From assembly GCA_946965045.2 (NCBI GenBank), contig OX337230.1:2542001-2606000 (forward strand): a stretch of DNA of 64,000 nucleotides. The letters run 5' to 3'. The translations under genes and the position numbers were made by a program. Shown in pieces: positions 8,715 through 18,800 of the stretch. Numbering within the stretch: position 1 is the first letter of the stretch; every line of letters starts with the position of its first letter. Source of the stretch: Epithemia pelagica (lineage: Eukaryota > Protista > Bacillariophyta). Under the pieces are notes generated by a model that was not told where the DNA came from, ran no database searches, and worked only from the letters and a program-made list of their open reading frames with translations.

Positions 8715-11700
8715 ATGTCGTCTCAACCTTTTCCCATTGAGTGGGACGACCATGAGTCGACACCACCCGATTTATCGCAACCGCTCATCGATCAAGACGC
8801 AGACCAACCCGTCGTAACTCAAGCCAGTGACACTCAAACCGCAGCACCTCCAGTCGACAATTCAACAGCCGGAGAGCCTAATGCCCCGATGGAGCTCCCA
8901 CCGGAGCTAGAGAGTCTTGTCGCACATTTGCCTGGACGACGACAATCTTCCCGCCCGAGATCAAGATTTTCATACGCTAAGCGGAGTTTCGTTGCGATGG
9001 ACGACTTCTGGATCCATGAAAATTTCAGGGAAGATTTCCGTCGTCGGTTTCGACCCAATCCTACGGACCGTCACATTCATCTTGTCGGAAAAATTGTGGA
9101 ATGTCCCTCGAAGAAGAATGACAATATATATGCGATTGTCTGGGACAAACGCAGTATTTCGAGTTTGAACATTCCCGACAATTGGATCAAGACACAGTTC
9201 ACCTCGTCGAAAGCAGTCAAAGCCAAACTTCGTCACTTCGTCGAAGTCTACAATCCCGCCAATCTGCCATTTCAACCATCACAATCGACCCAACCATCCC
9301 AATCCCAACAGTTGCAAGCAACAGGTCAGTCGGCTTCACAACAAACAAACAACACCTCTACGACGGCATCTCAACAGAACAATCAGACTCAAGACGACAA
9401 CAATCCTACCAACAACAGCACTGTAGACGACAACAATCCTACCAACAACAGGAATGCACAAGAACCTCCTCAACCTCCTTCCACAGCAGAGCGTGCACGC
9501 CGCCGAGCCGCCATTAGGAATGTACCAGATGCGTCTTTGAGGCGATCTCCTCGTCGTCATTCGACTTCTACATCGAACATGCCATCGACTCAAGAGCGTG
9601 CACAGGGTCGTGCTGCACTCATGACTGCACCAGAAGGAGTGCTTTCTCCAAGTACTCAAGGAGGTACTCCAACTAACGAAGTTGCAACTCGTCTCTTCGG
9701 AAGTGCTAGTACTGGTGGCTCCTCCAGGACGACACGACAGCAGCGGGTAAATAACAACAACAATTCCACCGAGGCCTCCGACGACGAAACAAATAATGAC
9801 AACTCTTCATCAGACGAAGATGAATCTGGTGGCTACGATTTAGATGTAAACGAAACTGTGCACAGGGATAGCGATCCATTGTTGGAATACAATGACAGTG
9901 ACGACGAGGATAACCCTGACGAAGAGAATGCTTCCTCAGGATCGGACGACGAAGATCCCAACAATTCAACAAATTTGAAGGTGTTGATCGACAATTTACA
10001 CTTCCACTTCAAGGAAGTTGATTCGTCTGATAATGCTTTCTCATGGGTTGGGCAGGAGCGCAACAACAGATCGATGTTTCGTGGTGGCGACGGTCTAAAA
10101 GTGGGGATTGCAGATATATTTCATACTCCCTTTGACTGTCTTCGAGTTGTTGGAGGATTGTCTAAATCCATCATTTCGGACATGGCTGCGGCAACGAATC
10201 AATATTTCCGCAACAAAATCCGTCCAAACCTAATGGGACGACGAGGATATTTTCATTCTCAGAAATGGAGAGACGTGACAATGCAAGAAATGACTCGGTT
10301 TCTTGGCATCATCTTGATGATGTCCTTGAGACCCGTTGATGGTGGTGGTTACGCAGCTTACTTTACCAACTCCAACATGATGTACAGCCTGGGAACTGCA
10401 ATTCCAGCAATGGAAATTGCAGATAGTGCTGGTTGGGCATCGAAATACATGCGCCTTGCTCGATTCCGACAAATCAGAGGAGCATTCCACCCCGAATCGA
10501 AAGAAGCTGGACGGGGAGGTGACAAATGTTACCAACTGCGAAGACTCATCCAGGCTGTAAATTCTGCGTCAAGACGATCTTTCAAAATTCCACAAGATTT
10601 GGCATTCGACGAAGGAGGTATTGGATGCCGTTCGAGGTACTGCCCGGTCAGGCAGTACAACAAGGATAAACCAGCCAAGTTCCGCGTTGATTTCTTCATC
10701 CTGGCTTCGTCCACTAGCTATGCAATCTTGCATTTGGACGTATATCAGGGAAAGAATGCTACTAATTCATACATCCGACACGAGGCACAACGTCTTCCTA
10801 CAACAATGAAGGCTGTTGTGAATGCGTGTTACGCGCTGGAATTGAACAAGGAAACCCGTGGATTCCGCCACTTATCCATGGATAATAGGTATGCCGCTCC
10901 ACAACTCCTGGTGATCTTGCGAGATCGACTGAAAGTCCTTGCTACTGGTACTGTTCGTGTGAACCGTGTTGGATGGAACAAGGTTCTCATGGATTTGAAA
11001 AAAACCAAGACCAATCGTGGAACGATGAAACTGGGACATGATGAAGTGAACGGAATCCTAATCGGGCAATGGGTAGACTCTAAGGTGGTTAATTTTGTTT
11101 CAAGTTACGAGAATGTTGGGACCGGGCAACTACAACGCCAAGTTGGTCAAACGAAGAAAGACTTCAGGTGCCCCCAAGCATTGATACGATACCAAGACAA
11201 CATGGGGGGGATTGACCGTGGCGACCAAATGCGGTCACAAATGGGCGGATTTGCCACACATGGCCATTTCAAGAAATGGTATAAAAAAACTGCCCTCGGT
11301 ATCATGGATATTATGTTGCTCAATGCTCTCATAGCCTGGAACATGTCCGCTGGGGATAGAATTCGTTCAAGGCGTACAAAGCTTTCAAGACATGCTTTCT
11401 ACACGTGTGTCGCACAAGCTATGTGCAGTTACGAAGATACAGAAGAGGTTGATGCCTTGGCGCGGCGGACCCAACAACCTTCACAACCAAGTTGTGAAGA
11501 TGGACACTTTCCAATCCCTTTGGAGGGCAACAAACGGTTGGCGTGTGCTGTTTGTTTGTTGGAGCACCGTTGGAAGAAGAAAACATTGGGGATGAAAGGA
11601 TTGTACTCGAATGTCGGTCAATGTGCCAAATGTGGAATTGTCACACATTTGGTGAATTCCACAGATGAAAGAGAGGATGGTTGGAAGATTCATAAGCTAC

Positions 11701-11963
11701 CACAATTCGCAGGTAAAACCTGTTTCGAGATTCTGCACTCAATTCACGGCAGGGAGATATTCATGTGCCGTCCGGCTGATGGAGGGGACAGCAGATATAA
11801 GTACACAACAAAGAAAAATCACCCTCTTGTATTGGGTTTGAGAGAGAAACATGGTCTGCCGCTGGAGTTCTCAAGAAAGAGAAGACGGATTGAAGCCTCG
11901 GCCCCTATGGAAGAAGACAACGAGAGTGAGAATGAAAGTGGTGAGGAAATCCATGAATTGTAG
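8715..11963 (+). CDS. piggyBac transposase (DDD, Cys-rich C-terminal domain), 1082 aa
   Basis: AFDEGG...VRQYNKDKPAKFRVDFF, MDNRYAAPQL, YQDNMGGIDRGDQ, HFKKWYKK; C-terminal CAVC...CAKC..TH. Confidence 0.95.
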   Translation: MSSQPFPIEWDDHESTPPDLSQPLIDQDADQPVVTQASDTQTAAPPVDNSTAGEPNAPMELPPELESLVAHLPGRRQSSRPRSRFSYAKRSFVAMDDFWIHENFREDFRRRFRPNPTDRHIHLVGKIVECPSKKNDNIYAIVWDKRSISSLNIPDNWIKTQFTSSKAVKAKLRHFVEVYNPANLPFQPSQSTQPSQSQQLQATGQSASQQTNNTSTTASQQNNQTQDDNNPTNNSTVDDNNPTNNRNAQEPPQPPSTAERARRRAAIRNVPDASLRRSPRRHSTSTSNMPSTQERAQGRAALMTAPEGVLSPSTQGGTPTNEVATRLFGSASTGGSSRTTRQQRVNNNNNSTEASDDETNNDNSSSDEDESGGYDLDVNETVHRDSDPLLEYNDSDDEDNPDEENASSGSDDEDPNNSTNLKVLIDNLHFHFKEVDSSDNAFSWVGQERNNRSMFRGGDGLKVGIADIFHTPFDCLRVVGGLSKSIISDMAAATNQYFRNKIRPNLMGRRGYFHSQKWRDVTMQEMTRFLGIILMMSLRPVDGGGYAAYFTNSNMMYSLGTAIPAMEIADSAGWASKYMRLARFRQIRGAFHPESKEAGRGGDKCYQLRRLIQAVNSASRRSFKIPQDLAFDEGGIGCRSRYCPVRQYNKDKPAKFRVDFFILASSTSYAILHLDVYQGKNATNSYIRHEAQRLPTTMKAVVNACYALELNKETRGFRHLSMDNRYAAPQLLVILRDRLKVLATGTVRVNRVGWNKVLMDLKKTKTNRGTMKLGHDEVNGILIGQWVDSKVVNFVSSYENVGTGQLQRQVGQTKKDFRCPQALIRYQDNMGGIDRGDQMRSQMGGFATHGHFKKWYKKTALGIMDIMLLNALIAWNMSAGDRIRSRRTKLSRHAFYTCVAQAMCSYEDTEEVDALARRTQQPSQPSCEDGHFPIPLEGNKRLACAVCLLEHRWKKKTLGMKGLYSNVGQCAKCGIVTHLVNSTDEREDGWKIHKLPQFAGKTCFEILHSIHGREIFMCRPADGGDSRYKYTTKKNHPLVLGLREKHGLPLEFSRKRRRIEASAPMEEDNESENESGEEIHEL

Positions 11964-12469
11964 AAGCAGCATTATATATAAGAGACATAGTAAACACAGA
12001 CGACACAGACTCACCTTGGACAGGTCATTCATAGGTTACTTGTGCCATTGTTGACATGGATCGATGATCTTGGCTGTGTTGAATGTCACAAAAATGAGAC
12101 CTGCGTTTTAAGGTTAAAACAGCCTCTGTTAAGGCGCTCGCATGGGAGACAGCAAATTCGAGCATCTGGCTGACTCCCATAAAATTTATGGGACACAGCT
12201 ATTTGATACTCCGATAAGCTTAAAACCCGTTCTTTACGATTGGCGTTAATTTGGTCTATTACAACCTCACAAACCTTCCCCGCTAGAGCGTGATCCTGTA
12301 CCCCCCTGTTCGATTGGTACAGGACAGTGAAAAATACGGTAGTAGAGAGGAGTACTCCTTCGAAATGGTCGGAAAGGGGTAGCTAGCCGGATAGGCGTAG
12401 GTACGTGGTTCTTACTTCGAAGAAGAACAAAAAAATCCCACAAATCCTTCGTCACTTCAAGAGGCAACC

Positions 12470-14019
12470 ATGATGAGAGAAAAGGGGCTCTTCTGGGCTC
12501 AGGTATTGGCGCTGAGTTTGTCGTCTGTGGAAGGATGGGTTGCCCGTAACTTGCAGCATGGATCTCCAGTCCGATCGACCGCCATTCAGATGGCCTCCTC
12601 CGACAGGAACGTCGTCTTGGCTCCGTCCGACAACCCATCAGCGTTTGACTCTTTCAAAATTGGTAATGCCCGAGTGCATCGGTATAGCCGCGAAGAAGAC
12701 CCTGAGTGCGAAACTGAGTACGTTATGTGGTATCATGGAAGATCGAAGGAACTGGACGGTGCCAATGAAAATAAGCTCCCCCCTCTTTCGACGGGACGGA
12801 TTGGCCGAGCCACTTCTCGCAATGGCCTCGTATGGGAGAAAGACACCAAAGGAAGTGTTTCCGAGGATATTACTGGCGTGAGCTTAGGGCTTAACACTGC
12901 CGAATGGTGGGGATTTGACACAGCGCACGTTGGGTTGGGAAATGTACTCCTGCCAATGACCACACCAGGTACGACGACGTCGACATGGATGGCACATGAT
13001 TCGACTATGCTCTTTTTGCCTTTCGCCGTTCTTCTTCTTCTTTTCTATGTTTCTGAATGGGCATCCAACCTTTTCTTTTCTTGCAGCTGTCCTTAATGAA
13101 GGAGGTGTCTACATTATGTACTTTATGGGTGGTGATCACCAAGAGCTACCGATACAGGATTTTGTCGACCGTGAGCTTCCCGAATCCATGCAGGATTCGA
13201 CCATCAAGGGCATGAACATGAAGATCGGTGTGGCTGTGTCTCAAGATGGAATAACTTGGGGAAAAGTGGAAGGTGACGATCCCACTGGGGCCTGTGTGGT
13301 GCCCTACCAAAAAGGAGATCCTAATTTGGAGAAAGGATCCGTTCCTGCCTCCATGGAGGAAGAACTATACTGTGCCTGGCCAGAAGTTGTGGTGAATCCT
13401 AATGCCGATAAATCGTCGGGATTTGTAATGTACTACAGCACCATGACCAAGGACAGTAAGGAAAAATGCATCTCCAGGGCACTTTCAGCCGATGGATTTC
13501 GTTGGGTCAAAAAGGGAATTTGTTTGAAGCCAGGCGACGCTGGTACCTTAGACGATTCTGGTTGTGCCCGCTGTTGTGTCGTCGCAAATGCTGACTACAA
13601 TGCCGATACTGGAACATGGAAGACGTCAAAAGGGTGGACGATGTATTACGAAGGAGTGTCAGCAGAAGATAAGAAACATCGCATTCTTCAGGCGACCAGT
13701 CCAGATGGTGCCAAGTGGACCAAAACGGGAATTGCTTTGGACATTGGGGCTTCGTCAGATGCTTGGGATCATGGTGGTGTTAGTTCGCCTCACATTATTC
13801 GGTACGTTCTGTTTCAGCGGAAAACGGATTCCATACGATCCTGGTCTGACTTGTTGTGTTGTATACACCTCCAGTATGGATGACGGTTCCCTGCGTATGT
13901 ACTACACAGGCCAGAATGCGGAAGGAGAGACGGCGATTGGAGTGGCCAAGATGAACGCCAGCAATGAGGGCGAAATGGTATGGGAACGAGAACTCGCTAA
14001 TTTTGCTTTAGTGGCCTAG
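12470..14019 (+). CDS. Five-bladed beta-propeller glycosyl hydrolase-like protein; join(12470..12968,13087..13801,13875..14019)
   Basis: Two GT-AG introns with consistent phases (1 and 2). Repeated blade motifs YVMWYHGR, MYYSTM, WTMYYEGV, LRMYYTG and SQDGITW/SADGFRW/SPDGAKW. N-terminal signal-like leader. Confidence 0.8.
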
Positions 14020-14176
14020 TTTTGGATATGGAGGCCGTCAAATGATTCGTTGATCTCCACTAACTTTGATATATACGTATGCGTTACTCCTACATAACAG
14101 TCCTGACCTTGGAAACGATGTATAGGAACCGTTCAGCGAGATTCATAACAATTGGATGTATCAAAGTCCATTCTGA

Positions 14177-15570
14177 TTAATTCCCTCTTGCGGCTGAGAG
14201 AGTCAGGACGGGGCGGTGGTGATCCTCGTTGGTGAGTTCTGCCTGAACCCACACAAAGGTTTCACCGTAGGAAGGGTATCCATCTCTACCCACAAGGGGC
14301 TCTTCTATCGGCGCTGCACCATTCCCTCCTTGACCTGCACGCACACCGGGCGTGCTTCCTTCAGTCCCCTCGCTTCCATTTGTCCCTCCTGTACTTCCGT
14401 TGGAGGACGTACCAGTACTATGTCCGTAGTCCATTTGATCATTACTTGGCGACGGTTCCCCATCATCTCCAGCGATAACAGATCCGCCCCGGTCCCGATC
14501 ACCACCACTTTCGTCTCCGTCGCCACCATTGCCACCTTCCGAGTCTTGGGCATCACCGTTTCCGGTCGAACCATTGTCGTCTGCTCCATCGTTTTGATCT
14601 TGGTCGGACCCATTTGAAGAATCGTTCGTTCCACCGTTTGATCCGCCATCTCCCGTGTTACCATTGTCGCTCGTACTGCTGTCAGGTTCGTGGTCGCCAG
14701 AATTTGTACCATCATTTTGGTCGGGATCGCTGTCTATCGTGTCATTATTCGAACCTTGGTCATTCGCACCACTATCTCCAGAGGTGCCGTTGTTGTTGAT
14801 GTCCGAATCTTGGTCGCTGCCTTTCGGACCATCATCTCCTGTGCTGCCACCATTATCAGAGCCAGTGCTTGAGTCTGTACTGCCGTTTCTGGGACCGTCC
14901 TGAGATTTCGAACTTGGTCCGTTCCCATCTGAAGAGCCACTGTTTCCGTTGTCATCGGGGTTCTCATCGTAGCATTTGAATGAGCCGCGGTCCACGGAAT
15001 AGTATTTTCCACCTTTGCCTCCCTTGCCCGATCCACTCTTGCCGGACGCGTCTCCTTCATAGCTGCTCCCTGACAAATGCCGATAGGAGCCTTTGCCACC
15101 ACTCTTACCTCTTGTTGACGACTTGCCACCACTCTTACCTCTTGTTGACGACTTACCACCACTCTTTCCTCCTAAAGAAGACTTGCCTGATGAGTCACGA
15201 CTGGAGGCTTTCCCACCTTTTCCCGCTTTTCCACCTGAACAATGGCAAACATGACATGATGTAAGGACATCATTACCTCTGTGGAGAACACAACGCACTC
15301 AATCAAGTGACATTATCTGACCTTTTCCTGATTTCCCGTTACAGCCGTCGAATAGCGCATCTTTCTGTAAAGGACAGCACGCACTATTAGATGGATCGTA
15401 GGGATGAAGAAAAAAGCACTGGTACTTACTTTGATCTTGTGCTGTCGCACAGAGGCCTCGGGAATATCAGGGCGCTTCCGAATATGATATCCCATTTCGC
15501 CGTCCGCAAAGACCAACAGAACTAGCGATATCTGAATCAAGCTCGAGAAAAGCATGGTGAACTTTGTCAT
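14177..15570 (-). CDS. Secreted Gly/Ser/Lys- and Asp/Asn-rich protein, silaffin/cingulin-like candidate; complement(join(14177..15234,15322..15364,15430..15570))
   Basis: Signal peptide MTKFTMLFSSLIQISLVLLVFA. Two phase-consistent introns. KxxK motifs (KSGK, KAGK, KGGK), an RxL motif (YRHLS) and an acidic GDNS-rich region. Confidence 0.7.
15093..15166 (-). repeat. 30-bp coding tandem repeat (~2.5 copies, GKSGGKSSTR)
   Basis: TTGCCACCACTCTTACCTCTTGTTGACGAC x2 plus a partial third copy. Confidence 0.95.
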
Positions 15571-15826
15571 TTGACGCGCGACAATTCATTTGGACAAGAG
15601 ATGAACTTTTGAAAAAGATGGTGGTCCCATTTCATTTTGGACGGAGTCGAAATTGAAGTCTGCATCGTTGCAAGACCGCCATATAAGAGAAAAAGCACAT
15701 GCCAAATTCAATCCCGCCTTGCCCTACCTCCATATCACAATGGGAATATCGAACGCACCTCTATGACAAAGACAATTACGCACATGCAAACGCGCCACAA
15801 TGAGCATGATTAGAATTGTGAAAACA

Positions 15827-18800
15827 TTAAATCCCAGCTGTGTCAACTTCAACGGAAGCAAACAACTCTGCTGTTGGTTCCAAACCCTTCTTGCGTTGTA
15901 TTTCTCTCAACAGTGCAAGATATTGAGCTCTAGCGTCACTGACGGCTCTCGCATCCGTTGCATTCCTCAAATATTCCTTTACCAAAGCCGCAAGACCTGT
16001 GACATAGGCGGCACTCACAGAAGGGTTCTTATGCTCTAAGAAGAATACGTAATGCTCGAGGAGATCCACGAACAAAAAGACTTGGGATGCATTGGTGGAT
16101 GTACAAGCATCTGCAACCTTAAGCGACCTCTGCAAACACTCCAACGCCTTCTGCGGGTTGCTGTAGGACGAACGACCACTGACAGGAAAGAACAAATGAG
16201 CACACTGGGCCACCATTTGACACTGATCGGATTTGTCCACCAGTTTGGCGCTTAGTTGAGCCGTTTTAGTGATGAGACCCTCATAGTTGCTTTCGTTTAG
16301 TGACTTGCATGTCAATAGTGCACCAATCATGGACGTGACACTGCGCCGTTGAGCGTTGGAATTGGAGCCATCCATTCGCTCCTCGTACGCGGAAAAGGAC
16401 TGCGATAGCAGCTCAAAAGCCACTGGTGCATAAATGGCAGATTCTTCACCAGCCGCGAAATTGTCTGCTGTCAACGCTGCTTCAAGGAACAGTTTTACTG
16501 CCACTTCAGCGTTTGCCTTACTTAGCAGGACAATTGTTTCCTGAATAAAAACAAACACTTGTCGAGCGCTCACTAGTTTTGCGGCTTCTTCTTCTTCTTT
16601 TGGCCCTTCTTCTGCTTTGAGCGTTGCCTCTTCTTTATTTGCTTCATCACTGGAAGGCTGAGTTTCTTCTTGGCTCGTCTTATTGTCGGCTGCTGTTTCC
16701 TCATCCGGACTACCTTCCTGCTTTGTGTCGTCATCGACACCCTCGTTTTTGGTTTCCTCCTCAACTGGTTGTGGTTCCGTTGGTTCGGCAGCTTTGACGT
16801 CTTCACCATCTTCTTCCTTGGTTTCCTTGGATTCCTCTTCTTTTTCTTCCTTGTCATTACCCTCATCCTTCGGGGGCTCTGTTTTCTCAGTTTGGTCCTT
16901 GTCTTCGGAAGGTGTCGCCTTTGCATCCACTTCCGTCCTCTCTTTATCGTCGGGAAAGGATTGTTCGTTTTCTTTATCCTTTGGTTGAGTAGGTCCATGA
17001 ATGCGCCGAACCAGTTTGAGCGAGGCAAAGAGGACGGCAACCAAAGTCTGCGATGCCCGTAAACGACCGCCGCGTCGAAAATGTTCTCGGGCCATGTCGA
17101 GCATCTCGTACACCACATCGGTATTCTCATGATTCAATAAATGAACCAGTTTGGAAACCAATGCACATTCCTTTTCAATTTCCATCGTCATGGGACCTTG
17201 TGGAAAGTTGGCATCGCCAAATTCCAAGATCCTCTTGGGAGGAATCATCATGGTCGGGGGAGTGGTCGTTGGAGCTTCGGTAGAAGAAGGCGTCGGTTCG
17301 ACCGACACTCCCAAACCAGCCATGAGTTCCGTCGCTCGTGCCGTGGGTTCCGAATGAGGAACTGTCTCCGTGGTCGGTGGTGGTGGAGGCGGTGCTTGTG
17401 GTGGTGGTGGCGGCGGAGACGGATCGGCCCGAGCCGCCATTTCACTCCGTGTCAAGGGTTCAATGATACAAAAGAGTTGATGGATCTCTTGCAAATTCTT
17501 GGGTGGTGATCCGGCCTTGTCGACGGCCTGCAACATGGTTTGCGCCACGGCCCGGCGATTGGCCCAGGGCAAAAAGACAATCAATTGACTGTAGGTATTC
17601 AATTCCAAGACACGCAAGGCCAAGGACTCCAAAGGAATGGACAAGAGTTTTTCCAATTCCACCACGGATACATCGTCCAAGGGTCCCATGGGAGCCGGTG
17701 TCGTGGGTGCAGCTGTGGGCGTCGTGGGTGCTTCGTACGAAGCATTGGCTTGTTGAAGGGCGGCAACGCAGGCCCCCATGCAACGCGCAATTTGTTCCAT
17801 ATTGCCCGGATAACACTTGAGTGAAAACTGCAGCAAGGCCGTTTGCAAACGAATCACTTCCTTGCTCGTTAGTTTGGGTCCTCGTGCGTTGTAGACCTTT
17901 TGCACACATTCTTCAAACATGCCAAACGAATCTCGGGCCAAGGTCAGTTTGACTTGATTGGTGTCACTTTCATCCAACAATTCTTCATCGGCCAAGTAAT
18001 TGGCCAATCGATCCATGAGTCCCTGAAGGATGGTACGGATATTGACCTTGTCGCGCAATCGGGGACAAACATTGAGAAGAATGGGCAAGGTTTCAATGTG
18101 ATATTCATCGGGAAAGACTTGTACCAAACAATCCATTAGATAGGCCTGTGAAAGGGGATCACCCACAGTCACAATGTGGTCCAGGACACGAGGCAAAATG
18201 GCTTGACCATAAATTTGCGACGTGACACCTTCCAATTGGGAAATGCGGACCAAATTGGTACCCACCAAAATTCGCAAATCATTGCGTTCTCGTTCACGAC
18301 GTTTCTTGATTTCCTTGGTATTGCCGTCACCGGGCAAATGTTGCAATCGGACCCACAATTTGTTCATTTCCATAAAATTCTCCATGACAAACTGATAGGA
18401 ATCTTTGACCGTCCCGCGTTCCAACAGATTGGGCGTCGAACCATTGTCCGTTTGTTCTTGTGCTGCTGTTTCGACTGGACTGCTCGTCGCTGTGGAAGAA
18501 TCATCGGGCAATTTGTCTCTCAATACCGTCAAGAGGTAATTGCGCAAAAACAAGCCTCGAATGGGATTTTGTTCGCATTTGACGGCTTGAATCAAATCTT
18601 GCAAGACCCATTTGGGTCCGACTTCACCACTCCGAATCAAGGCGGATCCGGCCGAAATTTGCAAATACAAGCGAGACAAGACGCGAGGACAGTACTGAAC
18701 GCAATCGTAAATTTCGCGCATGGTATAACAGAGCGAAGGCGGTGGTGGTGGTACGCCAAAGGCCGAAGCGGCGGCATCCATGCCCGTCGTCGTGGCAGCC

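Larger units (their letters stand above)
8350..12245 (+). mobile_element. Complete piggyBac DNA transposon (3,896 bp)
   Basis: TTAA (8346-8349) + CGCCAATCGTAA ... TTACGATTGGCG + TTAA (12246-12249). Subterminal TATGGGAGACAGC-type repeats at both ends. One intact transposase ORF. Confidence 0.95.
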
